Below the pieces are notes generated by a model. It was not told the origin of the DNA and made no database searches. It worked only from the letters and a program-made list of their open reading frames with translations. Positions 28,740-39,294 of a DNA stretch of 64,000 bases are shown piece after piece; positions within the stretch are counted from its first letter, which is position 1; each line of letters opens with the position of its first letter. The position numbers and the translations under genes were made by a program. The stretch is from Thainema sp. (GTDB lineage: Bacteria > Cyanobacteriota > Cyanobacteriia > Phormidesmidales > Phormidesmidaceae). The stretch lies in contig JBQLZK010000031.1 in assembly GCA_052168235.1 (NCBI GenBank), positions 1 to 64,000 on the forward strand. The letters are read 5' to 3'.

Positions 28740-28781
28740 GTATCGGGAAATACATTTTTAGTTTTCTCAACATCTGACAAT
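28740..28781 (+). promoter_or_regulatory. NtcA-activated (class II) promoter of codB
   Basis: GTA-TCGGGAAA-TAC at 28740-28753, then 22 nt, then a near -10 element GACAAT. Confidence 0.65.
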
Positions 28782-28823
28782 GACGCCAACTGGATCGCTA
28801 CATCCCGGAGGAGCACCGTTGCT

Positions 28824-30119
28824 ATGACTTCTGTTCAGAATCCACCGCCTCAAATTTCAACTCAAGCGTCTGAGGACTATCCCCTCACAGCTGTCCCAAC
28901 GATGGCTCGCAAACCAATTTGGTCGCTTGCGCCACTGCTGATGGGTTTCACCCTAGTTTCCACCACCTTAATTGGTGGGGGAATTGTGGGTGCAGGTCTC
29001 ACCTTTCCGCAAATTATTGGAGCCGTTTTAATTGGTAATCTCGTCCTCGGTACCTACTGTGCAGTCTTAAGTTACATTGCAGCCAAAAGCGGTCTCAGCA
29101 CTGTATTGATGGCTCGTTTTAGCTTTGGCAATGTTGGATCTCGCTGGGTCGATTTCATTCTAGGTTTTACCCAAATTGGTTGGTACGCTGTGACCAACGC
29201 GTTTATCGCCAGTGCTCTATTAGAGCTGTTGGGATTACCCGAGGCCCTAGAGTGGGTTGGAATCGTTTTCTTTACCTACGCTTTTTGTGTAACGGCTTAC
29301 ATTGGCTACAAGGCAATGGACTGGCTAAGCCGTTTAGCTGTACCTGCCATGTTAATTCTGATTGGATTAAGCCTAGTGCTAGGTTTTCGCGATGCGGGTG
29401 ATCTGTTTGCACTGCAACCTTCTGAACCAATCAGTTTTGTTGCAGGTGTCGCTGTTGTAATTGGCACCTTTATTTCAGGTGGTACCCAAGCCACTAACTG
29501 GAGCCGTTTTGCGGATACGACCAAAAATGCAGTCGGCAGCACGCTAATTGCCTTTTTGGGGATTAACGGTTTGTTGGTATTCACAGGTGCTTTTTGCACC
29601 TTGGTCTATGGTTCTGAAGATCTGATTCGAGCAATGGAGCAACAGGGCATTTTGCTCGGCGGTTTGATTTTGCTGATTCTGAACGTTTGGACGACACAGG
29701 ACAATACAATTTATGCCTTTTCGATCGCAGGCAGTAACTTTTTCCGGACGAACAAACGTCATGCGATGGTGCTGGGTGGAGCAACTTTTGCGTTAGCGCT
29801 GGCTCTAGGTGGCATCTATAACAACATGATTCCCTATCTAATTTTGTTGGGGACGGTGATTCCTCCGGTGGGTGGCGTGATTATGGCTGATTTTTGGCTG
29901 CGTCACCGAGGTGAGTTTCCATCGTTGGATATGCCGTTACCTGCATTCAATTGGGCTGGAGTCATTTCCTATGTTGTGGCTGCTGTTGCGGCCTATGTTT
30001 CCTCTCAGGCTGAATTTGGAATTGCCCCACTCAACGGCATCATTATTGCCGCAGTGCTCTATGCCGTTCTGGGACGCATGATTCCACAACGAATTCACCG
30101 TTCGTCTTCACTGATGTAA
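28824..30119 (+). CDS. codB: Cytosine permease (NCS1 family)
   Basis: ARFSFG..GS, GFTQIGWY, ISGGTQATNWSRFA and WTTQDNTIY; ~12 TMs. Confidence 0.88.
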   Translation: MTSVQNPPPQISTQASEDYPLTAVPTMARKPIWSLAPLLMGFTLVSTTLIGGGIVGAGLTFPQIIGAVLIGNLVLGTYCAVLSYIAAKSGLSTVLMARFSFGNVGSRWVDFILGFTQIGWYAVTNAFIASALLELLGLPEALEWVGIVFFTYAFCVTAYIGYKAMDWLSRLAVPAMLILIGLSLVLGFRDAGDLFALQPSEPISFVAGVAVVIGTFISGGTQATNWSRFADTTKNAVGSTLIAFLGINGLLVFTGAFCTLVYGSEDLIRAMEQQGILLGGLILLILNVWTTQDNTIYAFSIAGSNFFRTNKRHAMVLGGATFALALALGGIYNNMIPYLILLGTVIPPVGGVIMADFWLRHRGEFPSLDMPLPAFNWAGVISYVVAAVAAYVSSQAEFGIAPLNGIIIAAVLYAVLGRMIPQRIHRSSSLM

Positions 30120-30199
30120 GGGTATCCCAAACCTGAAAGAAGTGATTTTTAGGATCAGATGTGAGTAGCCTCACTGTTTAGCATTTGTGTAGACTCATA

Positions 30200-30293
30200 T
30201 CTCACACGTTGTAAACCAAGAACCCCGAAGAGTATTTTGCTGCTGCAATGTGGCGGCAAAATACTTTTCGGGGTTTGATGCAAGATGCGAGTA
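30200..30293 (+). repeat. Hairpin mini-element, family C copy 1
   Basis: aaccccgaa.agtattttgc.gc / gcggcaaaatact.ttcggggtt stem; related inverted copy at 31155-31243. Confidence 0.55.
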
Positions 30294-30325
30294 AAACTAC
30301 TATGACGGTTGAGTTGTGTTCAGCT

Positions 30326-30979
30326 TTACTGCTGAGTTTCACCATTAGCAGGTAGCGCTTCATCTCCTACTGGAGCCGTTCCGGCTGGAGCGGTACCAGC
30401 ATCTGCGCCTGAATTCTCAGTGGGTGCGGGTGCGGGGTTTTCTGCTCCGCCAGTTGCGTCTGGAACCTGCACGTCAACATCTGGAACGCTGATTTCAGGA
30501 AGCTGCACATCGGGCGGATTATCGGGCAGCTCAATATTAATGTCTGGAGTTTCCGCTTCAGGCTGCTCTGGCACTTCAATCGGAGTCTGCAGAGCCGGTT
30601 GCTCTTCCGTCTCGCTGCGACCAGCGTAATAGAAAATACCAAATCCTAAAGCGGCAATACCAATAATGAGAACGCCGAGCAGGAAGTTCCGTCCGGTGTC
30701 AGCTTGATGACGGCTAACGATGCGATCGCGCTCAACAGCATGGCGATCACGCAAAGCTGCGTTTTCTCGTGCTAGATGCTTGTTGTGTAAGGATTCTCGT
30801 TTGTAGGCATCACGATAGCTGGGGTCAGTGTGGCTAAGATTGTCGTGGTAGTTGGGCGAATCGGTTACGTTACCCCGCTCGCCATATGCTTCGCCTTCAT
30901 ATCGACGATTGGGGTTGCGATCGCGATAGGGATCAGTTGGATGACGATCAGTTGGGTGTGATTTGTTATCTGATTTCAT
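30326..30979 (-). CDS. Hypothetical single-TM protein with Pro/acidic tail
   Basis: AGGAGG RBS; hydrophilic N-terminus, one TM, 'PDVQLPEISVPDVDV' repeats. Confidence 0.75.
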   Translation of the reverse strand: MKSDNKSHPTDRHPTDPYRDRNPNRRYEGEAYGERGNVTDSPNYHDNLSHTDPSYRDAYKRESLHNKHLARENAALRDRHAVERDRIVSRHQADTGRNFLLGVLIIGIAALGFGIFYYAGRSETEEQPALQTPIEVPEQPEAETPDINIELPDNPPDVQLPEISVPDVDVQVPDATGGAENPAPAPTENSGADAGTAPAGTAPVGDEALPANGETQQ

Positions 30980-31154
30980 TATGAGAGCTACCTCCTAAAC
31001 AGAATAATTACAACTGGGTTTTATAAGCGCTTTTCAACAAGTCCAGTGATGGATTTGCAGCTTTTTAATGCACACTAAATCAATTAAAAAGTTTGGCTTT
31101 AATCGGTAGGTAGTCCTCTAGACTGAATTCGCTATAATCCGCTTGGCATAGATT

Positions 31155-31243
31155 AATTCGCATCTACATAAAACTTGACAAGCCAATTTTGCCGCCATAC
31201 GGCAGCAAAATTGGCCTTTTGGGTTCTCAACTTACAAGGTATA
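31155..31243 (-). repeat. Hairpin mini-element, family C copy 2 (inverted)
   Basis: Reverse complement ttgtaa..agaaccc..attttgctgc..tggcggcaaaat..atg.agatgcga aligns with 30200-30293. Confidence 0.5.
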
Positions 31244-31307
31244 AAATCAGAGTAAAAAACTTGATAAGTCCAACCAAAATCGGCTAAATCCAAATTTGAC
31301 TTCCGTC

Positions 31308-32435
31308 TTACTTCTGCTTCAGTCGTTGATGAATCTGGGCATAAACATCCTGAGCTGTGGCAGGTGCTAGCAGGACACCATTGCGATAGTGAGCTGTGGC
31401 AACGAGTACATTATCTGAACCCGGTAGCCACTCAATTACCGGGGCCGGATGGCCTTGGGGGCGAGGGCGCAGTCCTGACCAAGTGTTGAGAACGGTGGCA
31501 TTGGCGAGGGCGGGACACATTGCGATCGCACCTTGCTTCACCTCTTCAAGCCGCTCAGCTACGGGTAAAAGTTCTAATTCCTGCTCCATCACTTCTGGAG
31601 AGGGAAATTCGACGGTTGCGCCTACCCAGTATTGATTCTGACCAATGGGAGCAATATGAATGTCATTGCCGTTGACGACGGGCTGAAAGGCTGAATGTCC
31701 CAATGTTTCCGCCATCTGTAGCGTCATGGCTTGACCTAAAACAGGAATAACGGGAACTGCAGCATCCATCGCCTGTGTGAGTAATGTCGTACCCAGTCCG
31801 CTAGCGAGGATCACCCAGTCGGTTGAGATCGCACTCAATTTCCCATCACTTTCAGTAACTTGTACTGCTTGAACCGTTGCTTCTGCTCGTTCGAATCCCG
31901 TTACCTCGGCATCAAAGCGGAACTGAACGCCGCGCTGCTGACTGGCTTTAATCAATGCATGGGTTAGCTCAGTGGGATTCACCTGGCCATCCTGAGGTGA
32001 GTAGATACCAGCCACCACCTGATCCAGATTGAGCTGCGGTGTGCGATCTCGAAGTCGCTCCAGTGGCCAGCGCTCAATTCGCCAGCCCTGCTGATGACGG
32101 ATATCCAGTAGGTGATCCCATTTTTCCAGTTCATTGGTATCGAAGCAGAGGTTCAAAATCCCGTGGCGATTGAATTGAATCGTCTCTCCGGTCTCTTCTT
32201 CCAGTTCAGGAATCAGCGTGGCGTAGCGCTGGATGCTAGCCTGCCGCAGTCGCCAGTTGCGCCCTTTCACCTTCTGACTGATGATGCCCATGAGGATGCC
32301 GAGCGCCGCTCCCGTTGAGGCTTGGGCGGGTGGCTGTCGGTCTAGAACGGTAATTTCTAAGCTAGAATTTTGGCTCAGTTCATATGCGATCGCAGCCCCA
32401 ACCACACCGCAGCCAACAATAGTCACTCGATTCAT
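31308..32435 (-). CDS. FAD-dependent oxidoreductase (DAO/glycine oxidase-like)
   Basis: IVGCGVVG, WSGLRPRP, AHYRNGVLLAPATA. Confidence 0.9.
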   Translation of the reverse strand: MNRVTIVGCGVVGAAIAYELSQNSSLEITVLDRQPPAQASTGAALGILMGIISQKVKGRNWRLRQASIQRYATLIPELEEETGETIQFNRHGILNLCFDTNELEKWDHLLDIRHQQGWRIERWPLERLRDRTPQLNLDQVVAGIYSPQDGQVNPTELTHALIKASQQRGVQFRFDAEVTGFERAEATVQAVQVTESDGKLSAISTDWVILASGLGTTLLTQAMDAAVPVIPVLGQAMTLQMAETLGHSAFQPVVNGNDIHIAPIGQNQYWVGATVEFPSPEVMEQELELLPVAERLEEVKQGAIAMCPALANATVLNTWSGLRPRPQGHPAPVIEWLPGSDNVLVATAHYRNGVLLAPATAQDVYAQIHQRLKQK

Positions 32436-32499
32436 ACAAAATCCAAAAACGTGAGAGAGGTGGACGGATAATGTCCACCTCTCTCACTGTATTGCAGAT

Positions 32500-33459
32500 T
32501 TAACTGGGCGGAATGCCGCTCACCTTCAGCAAATCCGTCACCGATGAGCAGTAGGGAATACCATTAAACGTGGCGGGACTGACCGGATCGCGGTGGGTGA
32601 AGTGACGATACTCCAGGCAGAACCGATCCCAGGAGGCCATTTGAATCTTGAAGACGCTAATAATCACGTCGGCTAGCCACATGGACAGCGGCAACCGCAG
32701 ATAGATTCGCTTATTGAGGTAAGCGCAAATTTCTTCAACCGCCTGATTGACCGTAATCGGCGCGGTGCCCAAAACCAGCTCACGCGATTCTTCCGGTGCG
32801 GGCGGATGATCGACCAGATGCCGAACCACTGAAGCAATATCGCGGGCATGAACAATGTGAAAACTGCCGTCAGCCTTGAGGAAACGAGCTAATCCAATCC
32901 ACTTGACGACATCGGGCAGTCCCGCTGACAGGTGCGACATTGGCTTTTGCTCATCGCCACCAAAGACTAGCGTGGGGAAGAGAGTGGTGACTTTAGGTGC
33001 GATCGCAAGGCGAGCCATTTGCTGGTGACAAAGCGCTTTAGTGCGAATATAGTCAGTTCCTAACTCTTTCGCTTCTTTGAGCGGCTGATTGTTCTGGTCG
33101 AGAATGCTCTCGGTGGAAAAATATATCACCTGCTGACACCGATTTGGATCGAGCAGGTTAAGCAGCGTCAGCGTCTTACTGACGTTAATGTCATAGGTGT
33201 CCTGTGCGCCGCCCCAAGCCGCAGCGGTCAAAATGGCGGTGTCTATGGTTTTGAGCAGATCGCCCAGGATCTCAATCTCGCGCATATCGGCTTCAATCAC
33301 CGTTACGCCGGGACGCGCATCCACATCAATTTTCAGCTTGTTGCGATCGCGCACCATCAGAAACAGCTCATGATCCGTATCTTGAATCAAAGCTTCTGAA
33401 ATATAGTGGCCGATGCACCCACTGGCTCCGGTGAGAAAAATTCGCTGTTTCGCCATCAT
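32500..33459 (-). CDS. NAD-dependent epimerase/dehydratase
   Basis: TGASGCIG; YxxxK (YIRTK). Confidence 0.9.
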   Translation of the reverse strand: MMAKQRIFLTGASGCIGHYISEALIQDTDHELFLMVRDRNKLKIDVDARPGVTVIEADMREIEILGDLLKTIDTAILTAAAWGGAQDTYDINVSKTLTLLNLLDPNRCQQVIYFSTESILDQNNQPLKEAKELGTDYIRTKALCHQQMARLAIAPKVTTLFPTLVFGGDEQKPMSHLSAGLPDVVKWIGLARFLKADGSFHIVHARDIASVVRHLVDHPPAPEESRELVLGTAPITVNQAVEEICAYLNKRIYLRLPLSMWLADVIISVFKIQMASWDRFCLEYRHFTHRDPVSPATFNGIPYCSSVTDLLKVSGIPPS

Positions 33460-33600
33460 GAATTGCACATCACGCAAAAAGAATTGAGAAGTTTCCAGTC
33501 TCACACAGAAAGACTCAACTTCTCAATTTCCAGGTTCCCACATTTATCAGTTAGTTGGCAGAAATCCAATCGACATCCCCAAAAAGAGCAGTGCGATCGC

Positions 33601-33649
33601 AACGATATGGAAAGAGGGCTGGCGACGCCAGCCCTCTTTCCATATCGTT
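33601..33649. terminator. Perfect 24-bp hairpin downstream of hemE
   Basis: aacgatatggaaagagggctggcg-a-cgccagccctctttccatatcgtt. Confidence 0.6.
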
Positions 33650-33674
33650 ATCGATTCGCTAACTCATTTGAGAA

Positions 33675-34739
33675 TTAAACTGTTGCGGCCAATAGCTCGT
33701 CAACCTGCTTACCCGTCTCAAAGAAGTACTGCGCGTTTTCTTCGGGAGTACCGGGCAGAATGCCGTGGCCCAAATTGAGAATGTGCTTGCGGCCTCGGGC
33801 TTTGCGAACGGTATCCAAGATGCGATCGCGGATGATCTCTTTGGAACCGAACAGCAGACCGGGGTCAACATTGCCCTGAACACCCAGCGAGAGATCGAGC
33901 CGCTGACAGGCATCGGCCATATCAACTGTCCAGTCAACGCTGATGATGTCTACACCAGACTTAGCCATGCGCTCCAGGATGCCAGCACTGCCGCTGATGT
34001 AGAGAATCAGCGGAGTATCCGGGTGAGTTTGCTTCACCTGACGGACAATCTGCTGCTGATAGGGTAGAGCAAAGGTTTCAAAATCTTGGGGACTGAGCTG
34101 ACCTGCCCAAGAGTCGAAGAGCTGAACCACCTGAGCGCCATTGTCAATCTGATAGCGCACGTAGGTGGCAATCGAGTCCGCAATCTTGCTCAAGAGCTGA
34201 TGCAGCATGGCAGGCTCAGAGAAGGCCATGCCTTTAATCACGCTGTAGTTCTTAGAGCTTTTGCCTTCAATCGCATAAGCGGCCAATGTCCAAGGAGAAC
34301 CCACGAAGCCAAGAACGGTTGCTTCGTTGCCGACTTCCTGACGCAGGGTACGCAGCGCTTCACCGACAAACGGAACCGATTCCTCTGGATCAAGCGGACG
34401 CACCTGGTCAATTTGCTCTTGAGTCCGAATGGCAGGCTCGATCATTGGCCCTTTGCTTTCAATAATGTCAAAGGGAATGCCCATGCCTGGCAGTGGCGTC
34501 AGAATATCGGAGAACAGAATCACTCCGTCTGGACGAAACGCCCGCCACGGCTGTAGAGAAATTTCAACGGCTAAATCGGTATTTTCAGACCGCTCCCGGA
34601 AGGAGGGGTACTTTTCGCGCAAGTCGCGATAAACCTTCATGTAGCGTCCCGCCTGACGCATCATCCACACTGGCGGTCGGTCTACTTTTTCACCACGGGC
34701 AGCCCGTAACAAGTAAGGAGTGTCAGTTGATCCAGTCAT
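33675..34739 (-). CDS. hemE: Uroporphyrinogen decarboxylase
   Basis: [27 protein letters not shown]. Confidence 0.98.
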   Translation of the reverse strand: MTGSTDTPYLLRAARGEKVDRPPVWMMRQAGRYMKVYRDLREKYPSFRERSENTDLAVEISLQPWRAFRPDGVILFSDILTPLPGMGIPFDIIESKGPMIEPAIRTQEQIDQVRPLDPEESVPFVGEALRTLRQEVGNEATVLGFVGSPWTLAAYAIEGKSSKNYSVIKGMAFSEPAMLHQLLSKIADSIATYVRYQIDNGAQVVQLFDSWAGQLSPQDFETFALPYQQQIVRQVKQTHPDTPLILYISGSAGILERMAKSGVDIISVDWTVDMADACQRLDLSLGVQGNVDPGLLFGSKEIIRDRILDTVRKARGRKHILNLGHGILPGTPEENAQYFFETGKQVDELLAATV

Positions 34740-34983
34740 GCAAACGCCACCAATCTTCTTAAATAAATCGCATTTTTTAAGCGCATTGGCTAGCTTATCA
34801 CTGTGCGATCGCGGTTTTGATTCGGGGGCAAAAGATTAAAAACAAGGCGTTATGAATTGTTACAAAGCTTAAGTTTATTGAAGAAGTATCGCGTTGTATG
34901 TCGGAATATTGGGCGCAAAACTCTCGTGTATTGCGATCTCATTCAATAATTAAGATCAGAATTCGCTAGCTCTCTCGCTTCCG

Positions 34984-35667
34984 ATGTTCGTCATGGTTAA
35001 CGTCGCCCCACTCGTATCTCAGCCCGTTGCTCAACCTGTCGGTGAAAAGCGCCTGTTATTTCACTCGCTGACCTGGCAGCGTTACCAAACCCTGCGAGAA
35101 ACTCTCTGCTGCGATCGTGGTGCTTCCCCGCTGGAGAATCGCAACATTCGTTTCACATACCTGAAAGGGAAGTTAGAAGTCACCATGCCCCTGGAAATCC
35201 ATGAATTCTCAGCTCGACTCATTGAGAAGTTTATCTGGATCTTGGTGGTGGAGTTCGGTATGAAGGTGAAAACGATGGGTTCAACCACGTTAGATCGGGA
35301 GGCGTTGGAGCGCTCGGCTGAACCGGACAATGCTTACTATATCCAGAATCAATCGCTGGTGGCGGGTCGAGATGTTGATTTAGAGCAAGACCCGCCGCCG
35401 GATTTGATTGTTGAGGTGGATATTACCCACACGGATATTGATGAGCTAGCGCTCTATGCGGCCATGCTCGTTCCAGAATTTTGGCGTTACAACGGCGAGG
35501 TTTGGCGCATTTATGTATTGCAAAATGGCGCATATCAAGAAGTTGAGGTTAGTCCAACGTTTCCCCAAGTGCCCAAGGTGAAGCTTTACGAGTTTTTGGC
35601 CACGGCGCGTCAAGATGAGCTAGAAGCAGAATTGGCTTTGCGGCAATGGGCGAGATCACTGGCATAG
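34984..35667 (+). CDS. Uma2 family (PD-(D/E)XK) endonuclease-like protein
   Basis: EPDNAYY, PPDLIVEVD, VPEFW. Confidence 0.93.
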   Translation: MFVMVNVAPLVSQPVAQPVGEKRLLFHSLTWQRYQTLRETLCCDRGASPLENRNIRFTYLKGKLEVTMPLEIHEFSARLIEKFIWILVVEFGMKVKTMGSTTLDREALERSAEPDNAYYIQNQSLVAGRDVDLEQDPPPDLIVEVDITHTDIDELALYAAMLVPEFWRYNGEVWRIYVLQNGAYQEVEVSPTFPQVPKVKLYEFLATARQDELEAELALRQWARSLA

Positions 35668-35687
35668 CCTAATCAGATGCAGTACGA

Positions 35688-35849
35688 ATCGCACCTCTCG
35701 CATAAAGTACATTTGTTTATCAGCAACGTACTTCGTAAAATCTGCGATCGCATTTAACCCCATAGCGCGATCGTACCTCTCGCATAGGCCACATTTGTTT
35801 ATCAGCAACGTACTTCGTAAAATCTGCGACGCATTTCTCCCATAGCGGG
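35688..35849. repeat. Tandem direct repeat, 2 x ~82 bp
   Basis: cctctcgcata..acatttgtttatcagcaacgtacttcgtaaaatctgcga..gcattt..ccatagcg, units starting at 35688 and 35770. Confidence 0.9.
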
Positions 35850-36167
35850 AGCTCAGATCTGGTAGCGGTGGTTAAGCCTTGCCTTGCAGCATCCTACAGG
35901 AGAGATGAGGTTGCGCCTTTTTCAAAACCCAGGGTTATCGCTCATATAGTTCCCATTTACCACAGCTATAGCTTGACGAAGTAGTATGTGGTCAGACTAT
36001 CTGGAAACTCAAAATAAGCAGCATTACAATTATTTTATACTTCAAAATGTCAAAACCTTAGAATCGAATCAATTAAACAGATACAGCGAATATATTGACA
36101 GTTCTTGGTAAGAACGATTATTATGACGACACGTGGATCGTAAACTTACTGCTTTTAGCATTTATAT

Positions 36168-36632
36168 ATGGCAATGGATGATTTACTAAGTCGAGCGGAT
36201 AGAGAGGCTTTAGATAAGAAAGGACGGCTCGTTGATCTGATCAAGTATCTGAGAGAAGACAAAGAACTATCGTTCGACGAAATCGCCGTACTTTTGGGTC
36301 GAACAAACGTCCAGATGTGGTTTCGCCGCAGGAGTAAAACGCTGCCTAACATGGAGAGTTTGGAGCGGATTGGCATCGTTGCAGGCAAGCATCATACGGG
36401 TAAACCTTGGACGCTAGAAGAAATGCGCCACTATCTAGAGACGGGAGAATTCCCCAAGGCCGAATCCGAGGGAATACAAGGCATTATTGAACAACTTCCT
36501 GGACTCAGTGAACCTGATACATTACGTGTGATCGAAATGGCTCTTAGAAATTTGGCAACAACGACCGGAATTAGCAAAGCCATCAACCTCTGCTCATCTG
36601 CTCTTGTTAAACAAACTTCGCAGGAGAAGTAA
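36168..36632 (+). CDS. XRE-like HTH protein (phage-repressor-like)
   Basis: LIKYLREDKELSFDEIAVLLG...WFRR...LPNMESLERI HTH pattern. Confidence 0.6.
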   Translation: MAMDDLLSRADREALDKKGRLVDLIKYLREDKELSFDEIAVLLGRTNVQMWFRRRSKTLPNMESLERIGIVAGKHHTGKPWTLEEMRHYLETGEFPKAESEGIQGIIEQLPGLSEPDTLRVIEMALRNLATTTGISKAINLCSSALVKQTSQEK

Positions 36633-36725
36633 GCTCGTCTAGGTCAACTGTCTTGTACAGGATGAGCAGCGAAACTCCTAACTCTACCAAACCTATGCCC
36701 ACAAACCTAATGCGGAGAAACTGAA

Positions 36726-36905
36726 ATGAATTACTCAAAGGAGTTGGTGCTAGTAGCTGTGCTACTTTTTGGTTTTCTGTCATACGGCATCTACTCTAAA
36801 TACGACGGGGGAATCAAATTAAAGCTAGAAGGAGGAAATATCGAGATCGACGTTAATGGCAAACCTGCTCAACTGAACCCTCTACCCGAACAAAAGATGG
36901 AGTAA
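36726..36905 (+). CDS. Small single-TM protein (59 aa; below the ORF-track cutoff)
   Basis: GGAG RBS; MNYSKELVLVAVLLFGFLSYGIYSKYDGGIKLKLEGGNIEIDVNGKPAQLNPLPEQKME. Confidence 0.6.
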   Translation: MNYSKELVLVAVLLFGFLSYGIYSKYDGGIKLKLEGGNIEIDVNGKPAQLNPLPEQKME

Positions 36906-37006
36906 ATTTAGCATTTTTGTAAAAATAATCGCCGTTATTTTTTCTGCGTGCTGTTTAGCTGATGAAAAATTACTCCGTTGCCAGATAGCAATGCACCCTG
37001 CAAGAG

Positions 37007-37329
37007 CTAAAGTTCTCGTGCTGTTTCCGGTACTTCAACCGTTGATAAACCTGCCAAACGCTTCAAATTCTGGCAGCGCAGGAGTTCAGCAAAGCTGAGC
37101 GGACGCCGTTCTAGACTGGCAACGGCTTCAATGCCCATTAATAGCGCTTGAGCTGCCGTTGGTTCCACATAGCCGCGTCGGAGAGCCACGCGAATTCCCG
37201 CTTCATCGGCTTCAATTTCAGCTTTGGGACTGCGGGTGCTGCGCCAAATTTGGGTAGATGCGATCGCACTACATAAAGTTGATGCGCAGTAGCGATCCTT
37301 GACTGCTGAAAAATTAATAAGATATTCAA
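37007..37329 (-). pseudogene. Possible frameshifted gene remnant
   Basis: Two overlapping short same-strand ORFs (37138-37329, 37007-37189) in different frames. Confidence 0.25.
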
Positions 37330-37498
37330 ATAGTGCGTTTGCCGATTAGACCAGCTATTTTTAGTGAAAGGTCAACGGTTATAGTATGGCCTTTAGGGTG
37401 TCACAGCAAACCGCGATCGCAATCTATCGCAGTTTGCCGATTACCAAAACCACGCTTCTTTCTCATCGCCTCATTTCAGCACCCTGGGGGTACGGTCT

Positions 37499-38773
37499 GT
37501 GTTGCAACGGTTATCACGGTCTTGGTTCGCCTATCTTTTCGCTGGGATTAGTTTAGTCGTCGGCTATCATGCGATCGCACATGCGCTCAATGCTGGCTTA
37601 GTTCAGCAACCGAACTGGTCTGTCCCGATGCAAGCGAGTGCCTTAGTCACAACTCCTGATCATCTGCTGATTCCGCACCAAGATAGGAACGGTGATCCGC
37701 TCAGTTTACAGGCTCTCGATCCGGCTACGGGAGAACTTCAGTGGCAAAGCGATCAGGCTGTGGGGCAGATTTTTGCCCTTGCAGGCGACACGATTTATGC
37801 CAATGATTATGGCCCAATGCCGCTCGTAGATGCGCCCAAACATGTCGTCACGCTTGACGCCAAGACCGGACAAACCAATGCCATCTGGCCAATTGACAAT
37901 CCCGATTTTGAAGGCATTATCGGGGCTTATCAAGGAGCATTCATCCTGAACACGCGGATTCGGCAGGGCACTGAAACCGATCGCTACGAAATTTCAGCCC
38001 AAACCGCAGACACCGTCCGCTGGACGTTCACCACTCCGCCCGATAGCTTAGTCACGACCTTCTCCAGCCGTGATTCGATTTCGCCCTTTGTCCAAGACGG
38101 CATCGTAATTTTGCCCATCTTAGTGAATCCGCAAACCGATCAGCGGGGCTACCAGATTGTGGGCTTGGATGCCGCCACCGGAGCCGTTCTGTGGACATGG
38201 CAAACCTCCAGCGAAATCGAGCATATTGCCGTGCTGGGTGACGCGGTATATCCGTCGGTGTATGGAGCCGATCAAGCTAACCCCGGTTGGGTCAAAGCGC
38301 TGGATTTGAAAACTGGAGCTGAGCGCTGGACATATCCGATGCTGGGCGGTCACGCCAGAGCCGTCAGCGATCAAGAGGTGCTGATTTGGAGCCTCTGGTT
38401 TGATGCTGATCAGCCCAATCGGTTGCTGCTGCTCGATCGGCAAACGGGCACCTTAAAACGACAGCTCGTGCTGTCTCGGGAATATGATACAGAAGCCACT
38501 ACCGTGCTCTTCGCCAATGACGTGATCTATGCCGACGATATGAGTTTTGGCCACACTATACCCGTACCGGGCTTTTATGGAACCGCCGAAAACAATAGCT
38601 GGATTGGCGCTTTTGATGCCACTAATGGCCATCTACTCTGGCGCACGCCCACCCTCAGCCAGAGCCACATTTATCAGTTTGTACTGACCAATGATCACCT
38701 ATTGGTAAAAAGCAATGGTCTGCAACCTGACGTAAAAAGTGTCGTGCAGCAGTACAGCCTCCACCAGCGATAG
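37499..38773 (+). CDS. PQQ-like (BamB-type) beta-propeller repeat protein, secreted
   Basis: Repeated ALDxxTGxxxW motifs; signal peptide. Confidence 0.88.
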   Translation: MLQRLSRSWFAYLFAGISLVVGYHAIAHALNAGLVQQPNWSVPMQASALVTTPDHLLIPHQDRNGDPLSLQALDPATGELQWQSDQAVGQIFALAGDTIYANDYGPMPLVDAPKHVVTLDAKTGQTNAIWPIDNPDFEGIIGAYQGAFILNTRIRQGTETDRYEISAQTADTVRWTFTTPPDSLVTTFSSRDSISPFVQDGIVILPILVNPQTDQRGYQIVGLDAATGAVLWTWQTSSEIEHIAVLGDAVYPSVYGADQANPGWVKALDLKTGAERWTYPMLGGHARAVSDQEVLIWSLWFDADQPNRLLLLDRQTGTLKRQLVLSREYDTEATTVLFANDVIYADDMSFGHTIPVPGFYGTAENNSWIGAFDATNGHLLWRTPTLSQSHIYQFVLTNDHLLVKSNGLQPDVKSVVQQYSLHQR

Positions 38774-38931
38774 GAAAAACCTGTATTGTTGCATGATGTC
38801 TACCCTACTTTTAAGTATTAAGCCTGCTGTCGTAAGCTCCAGATGTTGATAGTGAGAAATGCGATCGCACTTCCGATACTGGTAGCCATCACCCAGGAGC
38901 GCAGATGAGGCAACCACTGTTTTTCAATACC

Positions 38932-39162
38932 TTAATTTTGCACCGCGCCACCGATTGCCCCGCTCAACAGCCGAAACGCCGCTAATACGAATGCAATGGC
39001 AATACTGCCGCTCATTGCGCTACCAAGTCCCGTAATCCGTAGAAACCAGCCAGCCATACCATCGAACCAAATTTGTAGCAGCCCCGCCACAATACAGCCA
39101 AGAGCCACTGCCAGGCCAGCTTTTTCCAATCCCACGATACGGTTGCGGTCATGAGGGTACAT
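38932..39162 (-). CDS. Small two-TM hypothetical protein
   Basis: 76-aa hydrophobic ORF just downstream of the tRNA. Confidence 0.45.
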   Translation of the reverse strand: MYPHDRNRIVGLEKAGLAVALGCIVAGLLQIWFDGMAGWFLRITGLGSAMSGSIAIAFVLAAFRLLSGAIGGAVQN

Positions 39163-39193
39163 CCTTTACGTGTGATGCACCACGACATTAAAA

Positions 39194-39278
<85 letters not shown>

Positions 39279-39294
39279 AAAGGGTTGCGGCTAC

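Noticed and set aside
34849..34866. RpaB HLR1-like repeat GTTATGAA-TT-GTTACAAA near hemE
   Set aside because: Two mismatches in an AT-rich region; too weak to call
35688..35849. Possible mini CRISPR array
   Set aside because: Only two units, the whole 82 bp is duplicated with no unique spacer, and there are no cas genes
35895..35920. attR-like duplicate of the tRNA-Ser 3' end (GGAGAG...)
   Set aside because: Only ~6 bp match, which is not significant
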